Source: Camelus ferus (taxonomy: Eukaryota). From it: a stretch of 64,000 nucleotides of DNA. The DNA is taken from NCBI RefSeq assembly GCF_009834535.1, contig NC_045698.1, forward strand, positions 5,520,001-5,584,000, written 5' to 3'. Numbering within the stretch: position 1 is the stretch's first letter; each line of letters begins with the position of its first letter. The translations under genes were made by a program, and so were the position numbers. This document shows, one piece after another, positions 48,937-61,134 of this stretch. Under the pieces are notes generated by a model, which worked only from the letters and a program-made list of their open reading frames with translations, was not told where the DNA came from and ran no database searches.

Positions 48937-49819
48937 AAAAGAATTTAGCATCAGTTTCTATATGTATAAATACTCTTAGTCCTAACATGTGCTAGTAAAT
49001 TACCATCTGAAGACCTAAGACCTGCTGTCGTTTGTGTATGAACTGCGGGCTACGCTTGTAAGCTGGATGATTTCCTGGCCAAAGAGTTCCGGAGGTTACC
49101 AATATCTCTCAATGGATGTTTTAAAGAGAGAATAAACGTGTTGTATCAAGTAACTACGAAAGGACATACAAAGAAAGTTGAGTTTGTGCTCAGAGTGGGA
49201 CAGAAAAGAGTGAGAGGATATCAGTAAGATAAAAGCAAGAATTCTCGGTTCCACCAGGAGAGAAAGTGCTTATTCTGGGATATCATCTCCACAGCAGTTT
49301 GCAGGAGAGAATATAGGTACAGTGTCACCTGGTCATATCAGGAATGCCATGTGAAAGAAGGATTGTGCATACAAGAGAAGACTGAAGACATGTTTATTTT
49401 CCAGATGTGAAATAATGTAATATGACCTGAAACATTTCTTTAAAAATTCAAATTTGTTTAGCATTGATAGCAAATACAAAGCTGAAAGAATAACATGAAG
49501 AGAAAGTGAGCAGATTTATTTTATATCTAAAAAGAGTAGGCTTTTATTTTATCCATATCATGACTTCAAAATCAGCACTGCAGAGCCCTGCAGGGACAGT
49601 TCTCTGATGGTTGGAAGCTAGGTGTTGGTGTATTTGTGCATGTTTTATTTTATTTTTTGTTTTACTTGCACTTGACTTGCTTTTCCCCACACTGGAGATG
49701 GCTAGTAGGATCCACAAGTGCTGCAGAGAGAATTCTTTGAAGGAAAATTCAGACAACTGGCTGCTCATGTGGCCATCATGGAGGAAGAGATGCATGTTGA
49801 ATGTAGTTGGAAGATTCCT

Positions 49820-50030
49820 CCTCAGATGAAAACCCAACTCATACTAGCTTAAGGTGAAAGAGAACGTAAAGGCTCAAAGAACAGAGAAGGCCAGCTTCAG
49901 ACATGGATGGATCCAGGGGCTCTGTCTTTCACTTATGCCCTCTGGATGGGCATGATCTTTAAGACTTCTCTATTCATGCCACACTCAAGAAGTGGTCCTC
50001 GGTCAGCTGGAGATCTGCATGATCTGTGGT
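49820..50030 (-). mobile_element. Old MaLR LTR fragment (MLT1J/K-like)
   Basis: aaaacccaactcatactagcttaag...gcttcagacatggatggatccaggggctc. Confidence 0.55.
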
Positions 50031-51019
50031 ACACATGTATAAAAAGGGATTAACAATCCCTGCTTCACAGAGGGCTATAAGAGTTAAATTAGACACTACA
50101 GATAAAGAATCCAACACCAGATGGGATCTGCTTCAGGAGAAATACAGACTCTGACTCAAGACCATCACATGGCGGAGGTATTTCTGTGTTTATAATAGTC
50201 AACACCGGCCTTCCTGGGGTCCATCAGTAGCTTGTGGAGAAATTAGACACTGTTCTGATTGCAAGACTTCAGGAAAATTAACGTTCTTGTGATGGACACA
50301 GTATCAAGGGAAACGGTGATGCAACATCTGAAGCCCAGCGCAGGAGTAAGTCTCCATCACCATTTCTGTCCATCATTCCCCCTCCACATGGTGGGTCTGG
50401 AGCCCCTTCCCCCCAGGCTCACCCGCACTGTCCTCCCCTCCACTCTCACACCATGACACCCAGGGAGCACGTCCCAGCAGCCCCAGCGGCCTCTCTCCAG
50501 GGGCCCGTCTGATGATGCTCTGCGCACTTCCACACACTAGTCAGCCAGTGTGTGTGGACTCCCCTCCATAGAGCTCCCTCCTCTTGGTATCATAAACACT
50601 ACAAATCTTGCATGTCTTTAACCCATATCCTGTGTCAGTTATTAAGAAAAAAATGCATATGTAACTCTATCTTAATCACTAACTGAGGAAATTGTAGAAG
50701 ACTCTCTGAGTTTGTTCTACTAAATATTTATCACCCATCTTCCATTTCTAACTCAGATTTTGTTTGGAGTTCAACTTTCACTTATGTGGAGTACCTAGAG
50801 TAGAGGCCAGACCTCAGGGACAGAGGGCAGGACGGTGGTTGGCAGAGGCTGGGGCTGGGGGGTTGTCGTTTAGTGGTAGAGCTACGGGGGTCCCTGGGTG
50901 CCTCAATACAGGGTTTCAAATGTGTGTTTTGGGAAAAGACGGATATGAGTAGGTTGAGGAGTGAGCTGAGGAGTGAGTTGAGGGTGGTGGCAAGGAAATG
51001 CAGAGAGCACCAGGAGAAG

Positions 51020-51630
51020 GGTAGCCAAGTCCAAGCTCGTACCAGTTGCCACACGACAGGCAATGACTCAGCACACAACGTACTGGTGCAAGGAAAAGCG
51101 ACTTGACTCAGAAAGTCAGGAAACCAAGAAGATGGCGGATCAATGTCCTACAGAACCGTGTTAATTTGGGGTGGAGTTAAGCTTCTTTTATGCTAGGGAA
51201 GAGGGAAACAGGGGGCCTGATCAGTTCGTGGACATTCTTCTGGTTGGTTGGTGGTGAGATAACAAGGTGATGTTTCCAGAATCTCAGTTATCAGTTTTCT
51301 GACTCCAACTAGTCTGGGGTCTTTGTGCTGGTGGTCAGCGTGCAGTGGAAGCAACTGGTGGGGGCTTCAGTGTCTGCAAAACAGCTCAAAGACATGGCTC
51401 AGGACCTTACCTACTGCCCTTGAGGAGGAACCGATGGTCCTTGACTTTGTCACACGGCTGAACTATTGTTATTCTGTCTTGCTTGACTGTTCTCCTTTGT
51501 TTCCGCATTTTCTCACCGCTCTGATCAAATTTGCTCTTTGAAATTGGGGAAGGCCTAGGAGCCTAAAGCTTTTCTACAAACAAGAGGAGGGGTTCATGGG
51601 GGTAGGGTCTGTCCCTGGGAAGGCTCCTCA
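51020..51630 (-). mobile_element. ERV1-class solo LTR, mosaic type
   Basis: 51020-51205 aligns by eye with 45940-46130. 51210-51625 aligns with 34920-35325. Confidence 0.8.
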
Positions 51631-53223
51631 GTCTGTCTGGTAGAATTTTAAGAAGATTATGGTGGGAAAAAGATCCTTATGAGCAACCAGGGGGATTAGG
51701 CAATGAGAGGGGTATGCAGCGTCAAGGGCTTCACATTTTGGATAGAAGATTCTTGCGCAGGTTTTAATGCTGATGAGTAGGCAGAGAAGGTAACATTGAC
51801 TGTGGAACAGAAAGAAGGTAAGTGATAGATCGGGGTGCCCAGGAATTGAGAGGTGGTGTGGGTGAGCCTCTGAGCACCGGGGGAGAAGTTGGAGGAAACA
51901 AGGCAGGGGCAGCTGCTCCTGCTTAACAGGGGGCAAGAAAAAAAATCTATAAATGAAAGTGTAGGTGAGTTTGTAGAACTGATAATACAAATCTGAGACA
52001 GATCAATGGCCATTCTCACAGAGAGGCAAGAAACAAGAGCTTCTATTGAAAAATGCATGGGAATTTTAGGAGATGGGGGAATGTTTGAAAGAATCATCAC
52101 AGAGGATGAGCAAGGGAGTTGGTTATGGCTTGGAGATGTCAATGAATAATAAAGGAGTGAAGTCTCCTTCCATTTGGTTTGTTTTAATGTGGAGAGAATT
52201 TTCTCCTGAAGATTTCTGTGTTCAGTGTAAAAGCATATCATCTTTTTTATTCACAAAGTTTTGTAATGATTGTGAGTGACAACATTAGAAAACTCCCTTC
52301 TTAATAAGATGGGGTTTATCTCTCTACTGGTTCTTGCTTTTCCCGTTTACCGCTTCATTAAGCACCTGCTAGTGTTGGATAGACAGCCCTGAGTTTTCAT
52401 AAATACATATATAACAGACACAAAAATTAAACATGTGAAAGAACTAATACTAGTGCATTTCAATCCCCCTTTACCTACTTCTGCCTGGGAGTATAAATGA
52501 CTGGAAAAGTCATGTTTGATCTGCATAATTCAACGTAAGAAAGCAGCGAGCAAGAAGACAGTTAAAATAGTAAAAGTAAGCTGCATTGCTGAGCAAGTTT
52601 ATAAAATTACGACTGTAGCTGTGTGGTAACCTCCATGTGCGCCCTACTTTTCATTTTTCTAGAAATAATCATAATTGTTGATTTATGATTATTTGGCTCA
52701 TGAGCCAAGGAGACCTACAGAAACTCCTGCAGCCAAGTCCTTCACGGTGGGTGTCAGTCTTTCACTCACTGTCAGAATGTAAAGGGATTCTGGATGCAGA
52801 ATTTTTGTTAGGTATGTGTTTTGAGGGCACACTTCCCACTCTGGCCTTTCACTTTCTACTGTTCAGTAGAAGTTCATAATTTTACTGTAATCTGATATAG
52901 CAGTGTCTCCCTTTATGGGTAATGTTTAGTGTGTTCTGTTTAGGAACGTTTAGCCTACTCCCAAGTTCAAAGAATATCCTCACGTGTTGCTCTGTAGAAG
53001 TTTTACCATTCTTTTATCACTCGGATCTAGAATCCACTTGGAACTGATTTTTGTCTATGGTAGAAAGTGGAAGCCAACATATTTTTTTCCACGTGAATGT
53101 CCATTTGGTCCATCATGAATTATTCAAAAGACTGTCCTTTTCCCCATGGTGGGTAAACCTCTCATATTTTGTACTTTTGTTGCCTTCCATTTTCATTCTG
53201 TAGATGTTTCAAAACCAACAGAA

Positions 53224-53271
<48 letters not shown>
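53224..53271. repeat. (TAT)16 microsatellite
   Basis: Read directly from the sequence. Confidence 0.95.
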
Positions 53272-53272
<1 letters not shown>

Positions 53273-53499
53273 GTATAAAGTCCATATTCTTCCAGATTTA
53301 CCCACATATTTATCATTTTCTTACTTTTCATTACTTCTGTTGACTTTATGCTTCCTTCTGGGATCATTTTTTTCTTTTTTTAGGGAGGTGTCTTCTGGTT
53401 ACAAATTCTACCAGGTTTTGTTTGTTTAAAAATGTCTTTATTTTGCCTTTATTTAATAGGCATAGATCTAAAGTGATCATTATGTTCTTTCAACACTTT

Positions 53500-53596
53500 A
53501 TTTATTTATTTATTTTAAGTGGAGGCACTGGGAATTGAACCAGGACCCCGTGCATTCTAAGCATGGGCTCTGCCACTGAGCCACACCCTCTCCCCA
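53500..53596 (-). mobile_element. Vic-1-like SINE, short variant
   Basis: tRNA-like head plus (TTTA)n tail. Perfect 12-bp TSD tttcaacacttt (53488-53499 / 53597-53608). Confidence 0.9.
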
Positions 53597-54284
53597 TTTC
53601 AACACTTTGAATATTGCATCCTCAGACCTTCTGTCCTCACGTGTCTCTGTTGGGAAGTCTTCTTCTCCTAGAAAACACAGGCATGAGCCTGAAGGATTTA
53701 TGGGAAATGGGAAAAAGGCTTAACATGTGTTGAACTGGGGCTCCAACATGGGAGAACAGGAGAAAAGAGGGCAAGCAATATTTGAGTAATTAAGACCTAA
53801 AACTAAAAAAACTGATGAGAGATATCAAGCCATAGATTAAAATACACAGTATCTCCTACACAAACTTTGTATGAAGAGAAACAACCAAGGGTTAGCATGG
53901 TAAAACTGACAAAAACTCAGCGGAAAAATCACAAAAGCAGCCTTTGATGTGAACGCACACGCACATGGACACGCACACGCACACAGATGGTTCTTTTTAT
54001 TTGTTTCCAAGCCTTTCTAGTTGCTCTTAGTGGGAGAGTTGGTCTGCAACAAGCACATGCACAATTTCCAAAAAATAAGAAAATATAATAGCTTTTTCAA
54101 AAATACAGCCAGGTCACTATGAGGTCAGATAATAGATACCAAGGTCATTTAACACACACTCTATTTTCGTGCATCCTTTATCCCTTAGTCCACAGAACCC
54201 GCACAAACGCCTGGTGTGGAAGGACGGTGGGTCCGCGGTTAGCAAGGAGGAGTCAGAAGGCTCAGGCCGCAGCAGGAAGAGACT

Positions 54285-54500
54285 GGACTGGGAGTCAGAA
54301 AGCCTGGCCAGAAGTTGCCAAGCTTGAGCTTTGGAGCCACGATGGAGTCATTATTTCTCTTCCCTTACCTGTGAAATAGAGCCAGTAATGGCTCTTCCTT
54401 CTTCATGGCATTGATGTGCTCATCAAAATCAAAATGAGAGACTGATATGAGCTTTATGTAAACTTGGAAGAGTTTCAGAAAGGGGATTTATAACTATTAT
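54285..54500 (+). mobile_element. MIR
   Basis: actggactgggagtcagaaagcctgg...acctgtgaaatagag...aaaatgaga...gctttatgtaaact. Confidence 0.55.
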
Positions 54501-55779
54501 TTTTCTCCTTAGAATTATGTTACTCAACATAGAGAACAGAAACATCTACATGAGAAAACAAAACTAAATTTATCATTTGAATAATTTTATATTATCTGTA
54601 GAATTCAGGCTACATAAAATGCCCATTTTCCCCCCCTAATCCTCAAAAATACATGAATTGTGGATGTCCAGAGAGAAGATACGCTATTTTGCATCACTGA
54701 CCCTAAGCAGGGAGGCTTCAGTTACAGCTGGCTCTGACCAGTGAGAAATGTGGGAGAAGCTGAGACTACTGATGCCCCAGGTCTGTCTTCCCTTCCCCAG
54801 ACACAGCACTTCACAAGGGCGTGGTGTCTCTGTGAAGTCCGTGCTGAAACTCATGGGAAGTTGGGACCATCTCCATCTGTTCCTTAGGAGGGAGAATTCA
54901 GTACATTACTGGGTAGTAGAAAATCACTCATCTCCTGGGAACAAGTTGATTCATTATTATTTATGACTTTAGTCACATTTTAAATTCTGGAGAAGAGGCT
55001 TAATGCAAATACACAACATTACTGGTGTTGTCACTCAGTCTGTTTCTAATGGACTTGGGATAAATAGGATCTTTAACACTAGCAAAAGAGAGCGGTACTG
55101 CTGTATGGATGTAATGGTGTAAACTCAAATTTATTTTTATTTGTATCTGGGTGAATAAAAGATGCATTACGAAATGAATCAATCACTTCGCAAGTTGGAA
55201 AGAAAGGAATTTATGGAAACATTTGCTGAGAAAATCACTTAAGAGAGAGAGGAATTACAGACGCCTTATCCGCTCCTTGTGAGAGAGCAGGCTTCCTCCT
55301 TCCCGGCCAACTCGAGAACAGAGTATGATGAGAGTGGATAAAAACTGAGAGAGAGAGATTTTAAGGGGTATTAATAATGAAGAGGGGATGACAAGTTGAA
55401 ATGTGGTGATGATTGAAATCTGAAAGCACTGTAATTGCAGATTCTGTTGGCTGGCATTTTACTGGAGAACGCTATCTGATTTTACTGATGTTTCTACAGT
55501 GTGAAGTTTCTTTCATGACTGCTGTCCTTAGAAAAATGATCAAAGTGCTGTTTTTATTGAGTTGAAGTTAAAGTGATGAAAACCTGCCGTTTCTTGCAAA
55601 CTAACAACATACTTCTCATTAAGGCAATGAAAGAGAAAAAGAAAATGGAGTAAAAAATCAGAGTAGAGATATAATGAAAATAATTATGGCAACTTAAAGG
55701 AAGAAAATATAAATACTCCAACCAAAGACACATGTAGGGAAACTTCAGAAAAGTTCCAGAGGCAAAACCCCTCCCAGGA

Positions 55780-56410
55780 GTGAGATGCCTCCTCCCCCCT
55801 CACACCTGGTGGCAGGGATGCTGTCCTTGCTGACCCAGCTTCACCCACCTGGTCGCCTTCTGTGTACTCTGTGCAGAGCAGCTGGAGTGACCTTTCCACA
55901 CCGTGGCTGGATCCTGACCCCCTGTGACAGCCCTCCCTGGATGCCCACTGCATGTGGGTTAAAACAAACAATCTCTCATATGCCCTCTCTCCCGACCCCT
56001 GACCCCCCCCCTTGCTCTCTGAAGTCCAGCCACGGTGGTCCCTTGTCTTATCAGAGGGTGTTGGCATGAACCTGCCCCTCCCCCTCCTGAGGCCATGGCC
56101 TGGCCTGCCTCGCCTCCACCCATCCCGCCCATCTCATCCCCCCGGCAGAGGGCTCTTCTTGACCCTCAGCCAAACCAGTGCCCCCACCCCTGAGAGTTGT
56201 CTCTCATGGCTGCCTATTCTTTACATTTACAGGATTTACCACAGTGTAAGATACACATTTATTCGTTTTCTTGTGCATTTAGCACCTGTCTCCCTTCTTG
56301 ATGGAGAGCTCTTCGAAGGCAGGAACCAAATTCTTTCTGTTCGTGGAGGCAGACGTTGTGCCTAGCACAAAGCCCAGGGTCGTTTGTCTAAACGTTGGTT
56401 GAATGAATAC
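55780..56410 (+). mobile_element. L2 3' portion
   Basis: gcagctggagtgacctttc...gagctcttcgaaggcagga...tgcctagcacaaagcc...gttggttgaatgaat. Confidence 0.75.
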
Positions 56411-56514
56411 CTGACCGAGGATCCTCAGACACTGCGGCCTGAATCATCCACGAGAGCCCAGTGATTCTTTTTCTGTTAGAACCTAACTTCTCTTTAGACA
56501 AACTGCAAAACGCT

Positions 56515-56700
56515 TTGCTTGTTGCCTTTGAATCCCACAAACACCTGTGAGGTTAAAAGGGTAGTTATTCCCATTTTTACAGATGAGGAACTTGAGGTCA
56601 GAGATCAAATAACTTGTCCTGAGTTCCACAGGAAGTGGCAGACCCTGGCCTCGAGCCCGGCTCTGTTGTGCTCCCGCCCGGTGGTATCCTTCACAGTAGT
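56515..56700 (-). mobile_element. MIR
   Basis: ttattcccatttttacagatgaggaacttgagg.cagaga...aacttgtcc. Confidence 0.8.
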
Positions 56701-56919
56701 GGCCTGTTGTCCAGTGAATACTGATCGAGCTTCACTCGTCTTTTGGCCCCACCATCAAAGCAGTACAGTGAGCACCTTGATCCACAGGCAAGTGAGAATG
56801 CCCAAAGTCACATTTACTTCCCAATCAGCTGCTCCCAGTTCTGGTGTCCTGGAAGCCTGTGACATGCTAAAGAAAACCAAAAAACAGTTTTGACTCTCTA
56901 CTTTGAATATAATATCACA

Positions 56920-57092
56920 TTTCTCTCAGCAATAGAGAAACATAGAATTATCTCCGGGTAGAAATGAGAAAAACTGATGCTCAGAGGAATGAGAGAAACT
57001 GCCTCCTGTCACACAACTGATAAATATCCGGGTAGGAGTTTGAACTCAGGTGTCCATGACTTCCTCCAAAGCCGTGCTTTCCCCACTGAACA
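56920..57092 (-). mobile_element. MIR
   Basis: agaaatgagaaaaactgatgctcagagg...gtcacacaact...tttgaactcaggt...tccaaagcc. Confidence 0.7.
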
Positions 57093-57346
57093 GCATAATC
57101 TTAAACCCCAGAGAGTAACCCTTTGTGTCCCCACATCCTCCCATGAAGCAAAATACATTGACAGCGTCACAAGGAATTTTCATATCACATAAATATTCAA
57201 ACGCACAATGCCTGCTAGGTTCCTCGGCAATGCCTACTGATCATTATGCATTTAGGTGCCAGTAATTCATGCTTTTTCCCCCAGAAAGATGACCATTGAT
57301 TTTGATGACATGTGAAAGGAGCTTGAATTAAGGCAAACACACAGGT

Positions 57347-57535
57347 TATATTAGTCTGCTCAGGTGGCTGCATCCAAACACCGCAGACTAAGGGCCTTAA
57401 ACAATAGAAATTAATTTTCTTACAGTTCTGGAGGCCAGAAGTCCAAGGTCAAAGTGCCGTCAGGGCTCGGTTCTGGTGGGGACTCTCTCTGTCTTGCAGA
57501 TGGCACCTGGCTTGGTGTTTTCACACAGGCTGTCC

Positions 57536-57575
<40 letters not shown>

Positions 57576-57829
57576 GGGGGGTGGCGAGGCAGGGAGAAGG
57601 AGAGAGAGAGGGAGGGAGAAAAAGAGAGAGAGAGAGTGAGAGAGAGAGATGGAGATAGAGAGATCGCTGGTGTCTCTCCCTCTTCCTGTAAGGACACCTA
57701 CTATGTTGGACTAGGGTCCCAGCCTTACGGCCTCATTTGACCCAATTACCTCCTCCAGGGCCCTGTCTGATACTGGAGGTTAGGAATTCAACATATGAAT
57801 TTGGTAGGAACACAAGACAGTTCATAGCA
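57347..57829 (-). mobile_element. MLT1A/B-like LTR with internal (GT)18 and GA-rich repeats
   Basis: cttaaacaatagaaatt...cagttctggaggccagaagtccaagg...ttcaacatatgaatttgg. (GT)18 at 57539-57574. Confidence 0.85.
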
Positions 57830-59426
57830 AAGGCCCAATCTGCTTGTACTTTTCCTGTTTTGAACTTTCCGTGGGGAGGTCAGTTGCCTTCTGAAGTGAC
57901 CGCCTACCTTTCCAGGGCCTGTTTTCGTGATAACAGAGGTCAAAGGAGCGCTTTCTGAAGCGTTGCATAAAAACAACCTAGCTTTGGGGAGTTTAAGCGG
58001 ACCACGCTATCCTACTCATTTTTAAACCCTGAAAATTCTTTCTACGCCAGGGTTTCAGGGAGAGGCTGATACTGTGTTTACCTCAGTACTGGGGCTGCTC
58101 AGTGTTCGTTTTGCCACATTCTGTACAACATTGTACACTGTACGTCAATAAGAAGATGAAAATAAAAATAAATAAAAATTAAAGAGTTAAAAGAAAAAAA
58201 TTATGTTTCAATGGGGAATAACAAAGCCATGGATTTCCATTAGTTTACATTCTTATATAACTTTATTCTAAAATGATGGCTGGTAATTCATGGTTCCAAC
58301 ACCTGACTTTCCCTAACTGGAAGGAAAAATACTACTTTTAATGATTTCACTCAAAATGTTTTCATCCTAACAAACATGGATGGTATTCTTCAAGTCAGTT
58401 TACAAGCGCCAAATCTGTAATTTACTTCTGTTATTCAAAGCCTTTAGCTAGCTTTGTCTTTCAATGGAAAATGTTCAGTCATATTAATAATTCACGGTTT
58501 TAAACACTGGATAACATAAGATATTCAAACACAGAAAATATTCAAATTTACTTAAAAAAACGGTGACCGATCCATGCTATTTGGCTCTCTAACTACTGAG
58601 TAATTAGTTCACTGTTCCAGAAGTCCAGGAGCTAGAGGGAAACGCTAAGGCTGTGAATTCAGTCCCAGCATTCAGCCTGCCTTGTCAGACTCCGAGCCGG
58701 TTTCATACGACTCTGTGAGGGGGATTTAAGGCAGCTTGCTGGCGCTGGGAGCAGCCACAGCTCTGGGCATAAAGTGCATTGTGCCACAAGGAAAGAAAAC
58801 CTGCCTTCCTGCCATAAATACTGGTCAGTCTGTTTTGCTTAAAATGCGTTACAGATTTCAGTCATTTATTTGTCCATCATTAAGATTTTGTTGTATTTGA
58901 GGGCAAACGTTAGGTGGTGAGAATAGCACAGAATGCTAAGTAAGGACTCCTCTCAGGAGCCTAAAATCTATTTAAGGACATCAGATACCCACACAGATGT
59001 CTATGATACAAGGAAAAGAGGCCACGTCTGTCAGAGTCCACACCGCAGGAAAGTCAGAGGAAAGAAAGATCGACGCTGCCCAGAGTGTCAGTTATCTTTT
59101 GGACGGAGGAGCAATTGGGTTTGTCCTTGAAGGATGATATTCGGGGGGAACGGCTGTTTCCCACTCCTGATGTTTCCTCCTGTGTGGGGGGAGCCCGGTC
59201 AGTGTGACCCCCTGGCCCTGCTCAGCTTTCCTCTCTCCGCTGAGGATCTAGCGCATCGCTGAATTGGTGGTGAGGCGGGCTGTCCTGCTGGCTAAGCGCC
59301 TGCCTGTTCCCCTGGGACTGACTTCACCTGCAGGCAGCGCGGTTCTCTCTGCTCCTTCATGGTGTCTTACCTGGGCAGGTGGGTCGGCGTCCAGAGGCCG
59401 GGATTTACCATCACCTATGACTGGGC

Positions 59427-59911
59427 TGCGGACCAAGAAAATGCACAGCGTGAGAGTGGTGAGTTAAGATTTACTTGGGGCAAAATGAGGGCTTTAGCCT
59501 GAGAGACAGCGTCTCCGAGAGCTCCAAGGGACCGCTCCGAAGAGGCAGGGGAAGGTCAGTGCGTCTGTGATTTTGGTGAAGAGGGGGGTACATGCAACCA
59601 AGTGCACATTTTTGCAGAAGGTTGCTGCTCATCTCGTGAAGGTTACTGCTAGTCATGGGGAGCAGATGGCTCCATGAATGATTTAGTGCCTTTCTAGATA
59701 TGAGGAGATGCAAGAAATTGGGCTCATGAAATCTTCTGAAAATATCTAACCCTCTGAAGGCCTGTTCTGCCAGTTTTCCCAGAGCACAGAGCGCCTCCTT
59801 CCTGACCTCCGCCCTGAGCTCCTTCCAGGGTGTGTTGAAGGCCACTGACTTCAGCAACTTGTGATTTAATCTTTGTAGAGGTAGATGGCAAGTGCCAATT
59901 TTTAGTTGGCA
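59427..59911 (-). mobile_element. MER41-related ERV1 solo LTR (artiodactyl type)
   Basis: TG...CA termini, 4-bp TSD gggc/gggt. gagagtggtgagttaag...cagaaggttgctgct...ctttctagatatgaggagatgcaaga is typical of this family. Confidence 0.75.
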
Positions 59912-59988
59912 GGGTTGATAGCTCTGTGTGGCTCTGGGATTAACTGGCAGTCCCATTTGGCCTTTACTTTAATACTTTTCTTCTACCT

Positions 59989-60320
59989 CTGTAGTAGAAC
60001 CTGCTAGGTATCTGCCAAAATCCATCCCCTCCTTCCGTGAAGACAGGACAGTAGCCAGGGGCCAGGCTGAACTACATTTCCCAGGCCCCTTTGCTGTTGG
60101 ATGCTTGCTGCTCTAGGGAGGGCATCTCAGCGCTGGGTTGCAAGAGAATCGTGTGTGCGTCCTCTCCACTGTCGCCCCTTCCGCTGGCCGGTGCAGACAC
60201 AGGTGATGTATTTGGGAATGGCCTGTTACAGGCCGGAAGGGTCCCGGGTCCTGAATCACCGTGGGGAGAGACACTGCACACCAACAGAAGCACGTGCCTG
60301 GAACTTCAAGTTTTGCTAAG
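59989..60320 (+). mobile_element. Old ERVL/MaLR-like LTR fragment
   Basis: tgtagtaga...actacatttcccaggccccttgc-type motif. Confidence 0.4.
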
Positions 60321-60828
60321 TGCTATGTAATGTTTACTACTTATTTATATACATACATTCTGGAAGTTCAGAAGCGATTATGGTCTCATTGCAGTTTGGC
60401 CCCGTGTTTGCAGGTGCTGTTGATCTGAGGTGCTGGCGCACAGAGGAACACACAGGTCACCACGGGGTTCAATACAAACGCCCCTCATTTGAACTACTTT
60501 ATTGGTTAAAATAAGTGACAAAAATGCAGTAATTAGGTTATTTCTGCCATCTCAAAATCACTTAAGTTGCTCTGAATTGTTCTGTTTCTGATGTATCATG
60601 AACATTTTGGTGAACTGCCACACAACTGACTGTCGTGGTGGCAGGAAAGGGCCTTGGCTGGGGGCTATCTTTATGCTGCGCACAGCAATGTCTGCTGTGG
60701 CTCTGAGACGAGGGCTGGGTACTATTGCTGTCATGTAATTTGAGCTGGAGAAGTGACGTCTGCAAAACGCGGGCATGAGACATGGCCCTGTGTCATACTA
60801 AGCGCACCGCCGGGGCTGAGCTGTTCTC

Positions 60829-61130
60829 CTGAGGCTGGAAGTCTGCGGTCAAGGTGTCGACAGGGCTGGTTTCTTTTGAGGCTTCCCTCCTCGGCCTGGA
60901 GACGGCCATCTTCTCTCTGTGTCCTCACCCGGCCTCCCCTCTGGGCATGTCTGGGTCCTAATCTCCTCTCTTATATGGACACCAGTTTGGATTGGAGCCC
61001 ACTCTGTTCACTTCATTTTCACTCTTTATCTTTTCAAAGACCTATCTCCAAACACAGTCACATTCCAAGGGACTGGGGGTTAAGAATTCAGCATGTGAAT
61101 TTTTAGGGGTACACAATTCAACCCAAAATA
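60829..61130 (-). mobile_element. MLT1A/B-like LTR
   Basis: Homologous to 6772-7088 and 35981-36326. Confidence 0.85.
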
Positions 61131-61134
61131 GGCA

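Larger units (their letters stand above)
52870..54075. mobile_element. Patchwork of old L1M fragments in both orientations
   Basis: Minus-strand fragments at 52870-53670 and 53990-54075. Plus-strand ORF1 fragment at about 53700-53945 (agcaatatttga...aactgatgagagatatcaagcc...aaaagcagcc). Confidence 0.6.

Noticed and set aside
51696..52241. 181-aa minus-strand ORF
   Set aside because: No recognisable motif; purine-biased DNA, possibly decayed L2, and not ERV internal sequence.
53146..53429. Poly-Tyr and poly-Leu ORFs
   Set aside because: Translations of (TAT)16.
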